In this document: positions 1 to 5,739 of the stretch, one piece after another | Numbering within the stretch: the first letter of the stretch is position 1 | Layout: each line of letters begins with the position of its first letter | DNA from: a virus | Taxonomy: Duplodnaviria > Heunggongvirae > Uroviricota > Caudoviricetes | DNA length: 5,739 nucleotides | Strand: one strand, 5' to 3' | Virus record (IMG/VR): IMGVR_UViG_2558860288_000002 | Notes under the pieces: generated by a model | Database searches by the model: none | Told to the model about the DNA's origin: nothing | The model's input: the letters and a program-made list of their open reading frames with translations, nothing else | Translations under genes and position numbers: made by a program

Positions 1-1
1 A

Positions 2-19
2 AACCTGCCGTAGCAGGTT
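2..19 (-). terminator. Candidate stem-loop downstream of ogr at the window edge (7-bp stem AACCTGC/GCAGGTT, 4-nt loop); possible intrinsic terminator whose U-tract would lie beyond position 1
   Basis: Perfect inverted repeat at 2-8 and 13-19, located 8 nt after the ogr stop (27-29). On the minus strand the first base after the stem is T; the remainder is outside the window. Confidence 0.25.
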
Positions 20-26
20 CTCTTTC

Positions 27-245
27 TCAAAAATTCATATGCCCCTGACCACCTGGCAATGGATGTGGAGGAGCAGTAGCAATCAGTGCGGGTGTCACAA
101 TAAACCGGACCACTGTTTCATGGGTAACAAAAGTGCTCCCGCAGTTAATATTTTGGCACTGACAGTAACGCTCTTTGGTGCTTTCAGTTACTTGAAAACT
201 GCTCCTTGTGTGTGCCGCATGACCACACTTTGGACAATTCATCAT
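27..245 (-). CDS. ogr: Ogr/Delta-family zinc-finger late-gene transcriptional activator (72 aa from ATG at 245; the ORF track extends to a GTG at 290)
   Basis: Translation MMNCPKCGHAAHTRSS...KERYCQCQNINCGSTF...PHPLPGGQ has the C-x2-C ... C-x4-C zinc-binding arrangement and a 72-aa length that match my recollection of P2 Ogr (MFHCPLCQHAAH...KERYHQCQNVNC...PHPLPSGQ). AGGGA Shine-Dalgarno about 7 nt upstream of the ATG at 243-245. Lies directly downstream of gpD, as in P2. Confidence 0.85.
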   Translation of the reverse strand: MMNCPKCGHAAHTRSSFQVTESTKERYCQCQNINCGSTFVTHETVVRFIVTPALIATAPPHPLPGGQGHMNF

Positions 246-313
246 ATCCAGATCCCTACCTTTGCTATCAGAATCATTGTAATGATACACAAAATATCAA
301 TATTGAGAACACT

Positions 314-1414
314 TTATTCCATTTCAAGATCATCAATCTTCACTTCGAGTTCAATACTGGTTGTAAAACCGTTATCCGGGCTGACGGTATGTGTCAGAGT
401 CGTAATGGTCCATTCCGCATCATCTATCAGCTGTTTAAAGCCACTGACTTTCACTGGCATTTCCGTGTAGAGATCTGCCCGCCCTTCCGCCAGTTGTAGC
501 GAGAATGACGCAACGCCGCGTTGCAGGCGTTCCCACTGCATTTTTGCCGCCCGTTCGGCGTTGCTCCGGTTGGCATAGGTGCGATTAAGTACCAGCACAT
601 TTTCATCTGTACCCACCAGGTAATCGCCCTGCTTCGCTTCCGGCTCTTTCTTCTGCTTCTTAGTCCTGCGCTTACGCTTCACCGTGGTGCTTTCTTTCTT
701 CGCGGGTTCGCGGGTATGCAACCAGCTGGCAATTACGCCCGTGTAGGCTCCGCGATCTGCCAGGGTAAAGCGGTGACTGTCGCCGTCCTTACGTGTGATA
801 GTGATAACCGGTAGTGGTTTACCGCTGGCGCTTTTACCCTGTCCCTGACGGATGAATAAAAGATTGCCATTTTTCACCGACGCAATAGCACCGTACTGGC
901 GCGCCAGCCGCATCAGAAAACTGCCGTCACTCTCATTGGTCTGGTCTATATGCTCCACGGGTTTATCCGACAGGTCTTCACCCAGTGCCATCTTCAGTTT
1001 GTGCCGCGCAGCTATTTCCTTCACCACTTCCCCAACGGTGGTCTTGTGCCACGATTTTTCACGGCGGGTATTCAGCGTTTCACGAAAATCAGCACTTCGC
1101 GCCCGGATAGTCAGGCGGTCCGGTGCGCCAGTGTGTTCAATCTCGTCCACCGTGAATGCTCCTTTCGGGAAAAGCGGCTGCCCCTTCCAGCCCAGCGCCA
1201 GCGTGATGACCGCACCACGGCGCGGCAGCACGATTTTTCCGTCGGCGTCGTCCAGCTCCAGATCAAGCTGGTCTGCTTCAAAGCCCCGATTGTCCGTCAG
1301 CGTCAGACTCATCAGGCGGTTATCCAGCACAGTGGTGATATCCTTCCCCTCAATACTGATGCTGAATGCGGGAGTTTTGTTGCCTTTGTTAAGCAGTTCA
1401 GAGCTGAAATTCAC
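314..1414 (-). CDS. D: P2 gpD-like phage late control gene D protein (tail/baseplate hub family), 366 aa
   Basis: 366-aa ORF between gpU and ogr, matching P2 T-U-D-ogr synteny and roughly the size of P2 gpD. GTG start (1412-1414) overlaps the gpU stop (GTGA), with a GGGAGGG Shine-Dalgarno 9 nt upstream inside gpU. Assignment rests on synteny, size and general appearance, not on a computed alignment. Confidence 0.8.
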   Translation of the reverse strand: MNFSSELLNKGNKTPAFSISIEGKDITTVLDNRLMSLTLTDNRGFEADQLDLELDDADGKIVLPRRGAVITLALGWKGQPLFPKGAFTVDEIEHTGAPDRLTIRARSADFRETLNTRREKSWHKTTVGEVVKEIAARHKLKMALGEDLSDKPVEHIDQTNESDGSFLMRLARQYGAIASVKNGNLLFIRQGQGKSASGKPLPVITITRKDGDSHRFTLADRGAYTGVIASWLHTREPAKKESTTVKRKRRTKKQKKEPEAKQGDYLVGTDENVLVLNRTYANRSNAERAAKMQWERLQRGVASFSLQLAEGRADLYTEMPVKVSGFKQLIDDAEWTITTLTHTVSPDNGFTTSIELEVKIDDLEME

Positions 1415-1896
1415 GACAGCAGCCCTCCCACCGTTTTACTGATATCGCTTAAGGCAGACGTTGCCGTATCCTGCAAATTATTCAGCTGCGCACTGAGATC
1501 ACCGAACATATCGGACAGAGATTCATCCACCCGTTTGAGCGACAGGGTGAACTCAATCCGGCGCGGCATACCATCGCGGAAAAACTCCGTTTTAGTCTGA
1601 TTCAGTCCCTCAATCACATACATGCCGTAAATCGTGCCGCTGCCTTCAATCAGGGGCCATGCTTTTCCCTGTTCTGCCATCTGCTCCAGAGCCAGCAACG
1701 ACAGCCTGCCGCCCGTTATCTCCGGCATAAGAACACCAGAAAGCGTCAGCATGTCGTTGTCCGGTCCCAGAAACTGCGTGGACGGACGACGGTTTAGCCG
1801 GCTGTTTGCCGCATGTCGCCAGCTGCGTTGATACTGCAGTTCCTGATACGGAACGGTGCGCAGCATAAACACGTACAATCCCAGCACCATCATCAT
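1411..1896 (-). CDS. U: P2 gpU-like tail protein, 161 aa
   Basis: N-terminus MMMVLGLYVFMLRTVPYQELQYQ resembles remembered gpU-family N-termini. Size close to P2 gpU. ATG (1894-1896) overlaps the T stop (ATGA), with an AGGGGGGA Shine-Dalgarno 8 nt upstream. Sits between T and D. Confidence 0.8.
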   Translation of the reverse strand: MMMVLGLYVFMLRTVPYQELQYQRSWRHAANSRLNRRPSTQFLGPDNDMLTLSGVLMPEITGGRLSLLALEQMAEQGKAWPLIEGSGTIYGMYVIEGLNQTKTEFFRDGMPRRIEFTLSLKRVDESLSDMFGDLSAQLNNLQDTATSALSDISKTVGGLLS

Positions 1897-4800
1897 GCGT
1901 CGTATCCCCCCTGATCGCTGTAGTTACTCCTGGCTTTTGCCTTCAGCCTGCGTTCACGTTCATCAAGCTGGCGGGCCACCTCCCGCGCAATATCCTGCGC
2001 ACTTTGTCCTGGCTGCGTCTGAATGATGATCTGCGTCGGTGCCTCAATCCGTTGAACGGGCGGCACAGTGGCTGCACGACTCACCATCGCTTCGCCGCCT
2101 TTCGAGGGAAGTGCCAAAGGATGCAACGGTGGAAGCTCTGCAGGCGCGGCAGCAACGCCCATCATTCCGGCAACAACGGCAGCCAGTGAAGCTGTATTTC
2201 TCCGGCTGGTCACATTTGCCGGGCCGTTAACAATTTCCGGCCCGTTTTCACCGACGATGCCAAACTGCCCGCGCGGGATATAGCCGCCGCTGTCATACAT
2301 CCCCGCAAAGCCATATCCCCATGACGGAAAACCACCCGATGGCATCATCACTTTACCGTCTGCATTCACCGTCGCAGGTTGCTGACGCGTCACTCTTTCC
2401 GGCAGTTTCGCCTTTGCAGCCTCTTTACTGACAATGCCGAGTTTCTCCAGCAACCAGGAAACGCCGGATTTCAGGGAGTCCAGCGGATGCATGACCATAT
2501 TCAGCCCTTCCGCCAGTGCCTCCCCGAATCGTCGCCCCATTGCCGCTGCGCTCTGCAGTTCGGCAGAGGTCGACTTAACGGGCGTCAGCAGATCAGTAAA
2601 CCAGCCCCACAACGCCTGCACTTTGTCGCCAATCCACTGAAACACAGGCTTAAGTGGTTCGAATGCTGCACTGATGGGACCTGCCGCCGCTTTGAATCCT
2701 TCCACCACACCAGCGAGAAATGCGGTGATGGGTTGCCAGTATTTCCAGACAACCAGCGCCACGCCCGCCAGTGCAGTGACCACAAGACCTATCGGACTGA
2801 GCAGAGCACCTAACAGACCAGATATGGCATACAGGGCAACGCGCAGCATCGCCAGCGGACCGGATGCCAGTACTCGCAGCACCGCGCCTGCGGCAGCCAG
2901 TCCACCGCGTAGTGCTGCCAGTGGATTCATAAACATCACAGCAACAGCACGTAAACCGGATAATCCAGACCGCAACAGTGCAACCGGCACACCTGCTACA
3001 GTTTTCAGGACATTCCCCGTCAGTGATGCCGTGCGGCGCAAAGACGACAACGGCGCAGTAAGTAAACCCGCTGCGTTGCCCGATGAAGCAAGCCCGCGTC
3101 GCAGCCGTACCAGTGGAGCGCCAGCTAACCAGGACAACGCGCTGCTGGTTCGTGTTACTGCTGCCGTAACGGAAGGTAACGTTTTGATACCCAGTACAGA
3201 GAATCCCAGACGGATCACTGCCAGCGGCCCCAGCACTGCAGCCAGCGCCACAGCTAAGGTGCCGAGGCCTACGGTAACCGCAGCCACAACAGCCGCTACT
3301 TTCATCAGTGTGCCTGTCAGTTCCGGGTTAGCTTCCACCCAGCGGCGCAACGCCCCCGTGATGCTTTTCACCGTGTACAGAATATCCATCAGCGGCTGGC
3401 GCAGCGTTTCGCCCAGGCTGCTGAAGGTGTTCTGCGCTCCGGTTTTGACCAGCAACCACTGAGCAGAAAGTGAGTCTTTGTTGATGTCGGATTCTTTCTG
3501 CATGGAACCGAGCGCATCATTGCCCGCTGTCAGTTTTAGCTGGCGCCGCAGTTCCGGAAGGTTGTTTGCCAGTTTCGCCGCGTCATCACCAAACTCTTTA
3601 CCAAACAACATGGTCATGGCAGACAGACGCTTGTCCTGCGGCAGTGCGTTCACCTTCTCCAGCACACGCTGGATAGTTCCCATCGCATCCTTCGTCATCT
3701 GCTTTTCAATCACTTCAGGATTGAGTTTCAGCAGATTCATCCCTTCAAAGAAACTCTTGCTTTGCATGGTGGCAATGGACAATTCACGCACCATCGCGTT
3801 TGCTGCACTGGCTGCAACCTCCGGCGCAGCGCCCAGTGTCAGAAAGGTGGAACCCAGTGCCGCCGCTTTACGATAATCCAGACGGTCAGCCACACCGCCC
3901 AGACGTTGCATCACATCAATGATGTCCGCCCCTTTCGACATGGCGTTATCATCCAGATAGTTCAGCGCATCGCCGAGCTGTTCAATATTGCGGGTAGGTA
4001 TTTTGTAGAGCTGGGCGATTTTCCCCAGACTTTCTGACAGTTCATCCGCTGGCAGCTCAAAGGCTGTTGCCGCCTTTGCTGCCGTACTGGCGAAGGCCAG
4101 CAGGTCACGTTTCTGGTCTTCCCAGCTGTCGTCAGGGTTTGCGACGTTCATGCGCGCACCACCTTCAACCAGTGCAGCGAAGTCCACCGCACCGTTTTCC
4201 ATCGGCAACTGTTCGCTGGCAGCCTTGATGACATCCTGCATTTCATAAAAACGTGCAGTGCGGTTGCCAGTATCGTCACGCAGACCATTGACCTGCTTTG
4301 CCACACCTTTCATGGCATCTTCCATGCTGGTATAGCTTTTTACTGCCGCCATCACTGGCGCACCCATTGCCAGCCCTGCAGCCGTGGTAGTGGCTCCGGC
4401 TCCTGCGATGCGATCGCGCACTTCAAGCCGTCTTGAGTATTGTTCTCTGACAGCGTTCATCCGTGCCTGTTGTTCACCCAGACGTTTAAGTGCTTTTTGC
4501 TGGCCCTCCAATGCCTGCCTTGTTTCTTCAGCATTTTTCTTAAGTTCTCGCTGGGCACTACTGAGTTGTCTGGTATCAATCCCTGATTCTTTAAGTGCCT
4601 GACGTTGTCTCTGGACCGCCCCCAACAAGCCGTTATAGGTCTGCTGAAGTTCCTGTGCTCGTGTTTTGGCCTGACTGAATAACTTTGCCTGCGCGGCGGT
4701 TGGCCTGTTAGTGGCAGCAAATTGTGTGGCGAGTTTTGCCGCCTCTTCGCGGGCTGCGTTCAGGTTGTTGGCTGTTATGGCTAGTTGCGAGCGCGTCTTG

Positions 4801-4970
4801 CGAAATTCATCAATTCTGCCAGCCTGCTTATTTAGTTCTTTGAGGCTGTTTCGGGTATTCTGAATTGCGCCAGCCAGCTCTTTCGAACTGGCCTGTGCAG
4901 CACGAAATGGGCGGGTGAGTTTGTCAACCGCATTAAGAATGACCTGCAGGCGCAGGTTATTATCACTCAT
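1893..4970 (-). CDS. T: Phage tail tape measure protein (gpT-like), 1025 aa
   Basis: Single uninterrupted 1025-aa ORF. The N-terminal ~190 aa are Q/A/K/R/E-rich and look coiled-coil. A central segment (KSYTSMEDAMKGVAKQ...) looks like a tape-measure core. A long Ala/Leu/Gly/Val-rich hydrophobic region (aa ~555-760) contains ~21-aa periodic repeats. It is the largest gene in the block and lies directly upstream of gpU/gpD. Confidence 0.9.
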   Translation of the reverse strand: MSDNNLRLQVILNAVDKLTRPFRAAQASSKELAGAIQNTRNSLKELNKQAGRIDEFRKTRSQLAITANNLNAAREEAAKLATQFAATNRPTAAQAKLFSQAKTRAQELQQTYNGLLGAVQRQRQALKESGIDTRQLSSAQRELKKNAEETRQALEGQQKALKRLGEQQARMNAVREQYSRRLEVRDRIAGAGATTTAAGLAMGAPVMAAVKSYTSMEDAMKGVAKQVNGLRDDTGNRTARFYEMQDVIKAASEQLPMENGAVDFAALVEGGARMNVANPDDSWEDQKRDLLAFASTAAKAATAFELPADELSESLGKIAQLYKIPTRNIEQLGDALNYLDDNAMSKGADIIDVMQRLGGVADRLDYRKAAALGSTFLTLGAAPEVAASAANAMVRELSIATMQSKSFFEGMNLLKLNPEVIEKQMTKDAMGTIQRVLEKVNALPQDKRLSAMTMLFGKEFGDDAAKLANNLPELRRQLKLTAGNDALGSMQKESDINKDSLSAQWLLVKTGAQNTFSSLGETLRQPLMDILYTVKSITGALRRWVEANPELTGTLMKVAAVVAAVTVGLGTLAVALAAVLGPLAVIRLGFSVLGIKTLPSVTAAVTRTSSALSWLAGAPLVRLRRGLASSGNAAGLLTAPLSSLRRTASLTGNVLKTVAGVPVALLRSGLSGLRAVAVMFMNPLAALRGGLAAAGAVLRVLASGPLAMLRVALYAISGLLGALLSPIGLVVTALAGVALVVWKYWQPITAFLAGVVEGFKAAAGPISAAFEPLKPVFQWIGDKVQALWGWFTDLLTPVKSTSAELQSAAAMGRRFGEALAEGLNMVMHPLDSLKSGVSWLLEKLGIVSKEAAKAKLPERVTRQQPATVNADGKVMMPSGGFPSWGYGFAGMYDSGGYIPRGQFGIVGENGPEIVNGPANVTSRRNTASLAAVVAGMMGVAAAPAELPPLHPLALPSKGGEAMVSRAATVPPVQRIEAPTQIIIQTQPGQSAQDIAREVARQLDERERRLKAKARSNYSDQGGYDA
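2766..3122 (-). repeat. In-frame periodic repeat inside the tape measure gene: about six ~21-aa units of the form PL..LR..L....G..L
   Basis: Protein segments APLVRLRRGLASSGNAAGLLT / APLSSLRRTASLTGNVLKTVAG / VPVALLRSGLSGLRAVAVMFMN / PLAALRGGLAAAGAVLRVLASG / PLAMLRVALYAISGLLGALLS / PIGLVVTALAGVALVV (T residues ~617-735). Confidence 0.5.
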
Positions 4971-5328
4971 CGTTGGCCCCGCTTCTCTGAATTGCTTTAT
5001 ACCGCCATTCCAGCACTTCGGTCAGCGGCATAACGTCAGTAACGGATGGCGGCCAGTGAAAAATGGTGGCGATAACGCCACCATTGATCACCACTTCGCT
5101 GTTAATGCGCGTGCGGTCAGCCTCCAGTACAAACTCACTGGTTTTCATGGTGATGTTGTCAGCGGCCTCAATGACCATTGATTTGATGCCCCTGACATAC
5201 CAGCGCCCGGTGGCGGGTTCGTATTCAAACCAGCCACCGTCAGGATGTTCTGTCACGCAGGCGTTCGCCGACGTCGACGGTGGCGCGAACTGATTCGAAT
5301 AGATGGCGGGTACGGCTGCAGACGACAA
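4963..5328 (-). CDS. Hypothetical phage ORF at the position expected for the tail assembly chaperone E/E'; possibly an N-terminally truncated or fused remnant. The first ATG is at 5178, giving a 71-aa product (4963..5178)
   Basis: Open frame ending 8 nt inside the T start. The track start is a TTG at 5328 and the frame stays open upstream with no ATG until 5176-5178. Its upper part overlaps the truncated endolysin ORF in another frame. No intact partner ORF exists in the frame from which a -1 shift would enter it (stops at 5253, 5145, 5088 and 5022). Identity is unresolved. Confidence 0.3.
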   Translation of the reverse strand: MSSAAVPAIYSNQFAPPSTSANACVTEHPDGGWFEYEPATGRWYVRGIKSMVIEAADNITMKTSEFVLEADRTRINSEVVINGGVIATIFHWPPSVTDVMPLTEVLEWRYKAIQRSGANDE

Positions 5329-5453
5329 CCTTCGTAATCGGCAATCAGTTTCAGCCCTTCCACGGAGGTGTGAAGCTGCTGAAAACCCGGCAGCGTGGCA
5401 GCAATAGCCAGCACGGCCCCGACAAGGCAGCGTTTAACGATTGATGGATTCAT
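5253..5453 (-). pseudogene. Truncated SAR-type endolysin (T4-lysozyme-like, GH24): only ~48 N-terminal codons are recognisable (5310..5453), followed by an out-of-frame Arg-rich tail
   Basis: N-terminus MNPSIVKRCLVGAVLAIAATLPG is a weakly hydrophobic signal-anchor-release-like segment, followed by EGLKLIADYEGCRLQPY, which resembles the start of the lysozyme catalytic motif (catalytic Glu region). Full-length members are about 160-180 aa; here the ORF ends at 66 aa with PPSIRISSRHRRRRRTPA, which does not look like lysozyme. The ATG at 5451-5453 overlaps the holin 3' end by 20 nt, and a GGAGG sits just upstream. Confidence 0.55.
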
Positions 5454-5649
5454 AGTCCTCCCGCGAGATCTGCCCGTCGCGCAGAAGCTGGTAGGCTTTG
5501 TGTTTGTAGTACCAGTTGATAGCCAGCATCAGCACACCAATCATCAGGCCGCCCAGCGTTGAGGCATCCTTGATGGACAAATCGCCCAGCCAGGCCAGCA
5601 CAACGGCGATGCAGTACGTGATAAAGGCGCTGATTCGCTCAAGCGTCAT
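5434..5649 (-). CDS. Class II (two-TMD) phage holin, pinholin-like, 71 aa
   Basis: 71-aa product with two predicted transmembrane segments (ISAFITYCIAVVLAWLG and TLGGLMIGVLMLAINWYY) and a charged C-terminus (KHKAYQLLRDGQISREDYESINR). Lies immediately upstream of, and overlapping, the SAR-endolysin start, which is the usual holin-endolysin arrangement. GGGA Shine-Dalgarno about 7 nt upstream of the ATG at 5647-5649. Confidence 0.65.
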   Translation of the reverse strand: MTLERISAFITYCIAVVLAWLGDLSIKDASTLGGLMIGVLMLAINWYYKHKAYQLLRDGQISREDYESINR

Positions 5650-5727
5650 AATTCAGTCCCATAGCTGGACGGTCTGCACGGTGGTGGTGGTCGGTATGTC
5701 CGGCAGCTCCACCTGCAGCCCGTGAGG

Positions 5728-5739
5728 TAAAAAGGGGCC
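5728..5739 (-). terminator. Possible 3' half of an intrinsic terminator upstream of the holin (GGCCCC followed by TTTTT on the minus strand); the stem partner would lie beyond the window end
   Basis: Minus strand reads 5'-GGCCCCTTTTTACC-3' at 5739..5726, about 80 nt upstream of the holin ATG. Lambdoid late operons carry a terminator (tR'-like) just upstream of the holin gene. Only half the element is visible. Confidence 0.2.

Noticed and set aside
246-313. sigma70-like promoter for ogr in the D-ogr intergenic region (TTGATA ... TACAAT on the minus strand)
   Set aside because: The spacing between the best -35-like and -10-like hexamers is about 13 nt, too short for a canonical promoter. ogr may be transcribed from its own non-canonical promoter or by read-through from the tail operon; I cannot tell from sequence alone.
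39-470. 143-aa plus-strand ORF overlapping ogr and the 3' end of gpD (also 206..499 and 521..814)
   Set aside because: Antisense to two well-supported genes. The track start at 206 is a TTG, and the products are Cys/Ser/Ile-rich with no recognisable features.
852-1600. Plus-strand ORFs 852..1442 (196 aa) and 950..1600 (216 aa)
   Set aside because: Antisense to gpD and gpU. Ser/Arg-rich translations with no domain-like features; treated as shadow ORFs.
2674-3462. 262-aa plus-strand ORF, and neighbouring plus-strand ORFs at 2379..2813, 3478..3876, 3762..4037 and 4384..4602
   Set aside because: They lie entirely antisense to the tape measure gene. The translations are low-complexity Ala/Ser/Thr/Pro/Arg-rich, as expected from the reverse frame of a GC-rich, Ala/Leu-rich coding region. 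No convincing start context was found.
5056-5066. Possible -1 programmed frameshift site (minus-strand CCA TTT TTC ACT) for an E/E'-type chaperone
   Set aside because: It is not a canonical X-XXY-YYZ heptamer, and the zero frame that would feed it is open for only about 20 codons (stops at 5088 and 5022), so there is no E ORF for it to act on.
5253-5282. Arginine run (RHRRRRR) at the C-terminus of the endolysin ORF as a possible basic functional motif
   Set aside because: It appears only after the point where lysozyme similarity ends and is most simply an out-of-frame read-through of the junction sequence.
5266-5285. 20-bp imperfect palindrome CGCCGACGTCGACGGTGGCG as an independent regulatory or recombination site
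   Set aside because: Only 8 of 10 positions pair and no flanking direct repeats or partner site were seen. It is noted under the junction finding rather than called as a feature.
5680-5691. (GGT)4 trinucleotide microsatellite upstream of the holin
   Set aside because: Four units is too short to be confidently slippage-prone, and it is not positioned within a recognisable promoter.
1-5739. CRISPR arrays, tRNA/rRNA genes, IS elements or a defence-system operon
   Set aside because: No regularly spaced direct repeats, no cloverleaf-compatible segments, no terminal inverted repeats with a transposase ORF, and every substantial ORF is accounted for by phage lysis, tail or regulatory functions.

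Overview
The window reads as the right arm of a P2-like (Peduovirus-type) prophage, with every supported gene on the minus strand. In transcription order (high to low coordinate) these are: a 71-aa class II holin (5434..5649); the first ~48 codons of a SAR-type endolysin that then breaks off (5253..5453); an ORF of unknown identity that runs into the tape-measure start (4963..5328); the tail tape measure protein gpT (1025 aa, 1893..4970); gpU (1411..1896); gpD (314..1414); and an Ogr-type zinc-finger late activator (27..245). T, U and D are joined by overlapping stop/start codons with Shine-Dalgarno sequences inside the upstream gene. I see no tRNA, rRNA, CRISPR array, IS element or recognisable defence system. 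The most notable feature is an apparent deletion or mosaic joint near 5310: the holin is intact and the endolysin is truncated, while the sheath, tube, baseplate and E/E' chaperone genes expected upstream of T in a P2-like phage are absent from the window. This suggests a defective prophage remnant that keeps an intact T-U-D-ogr block. All identifications rest on reading the translations and on remembered family features; no database search was run.
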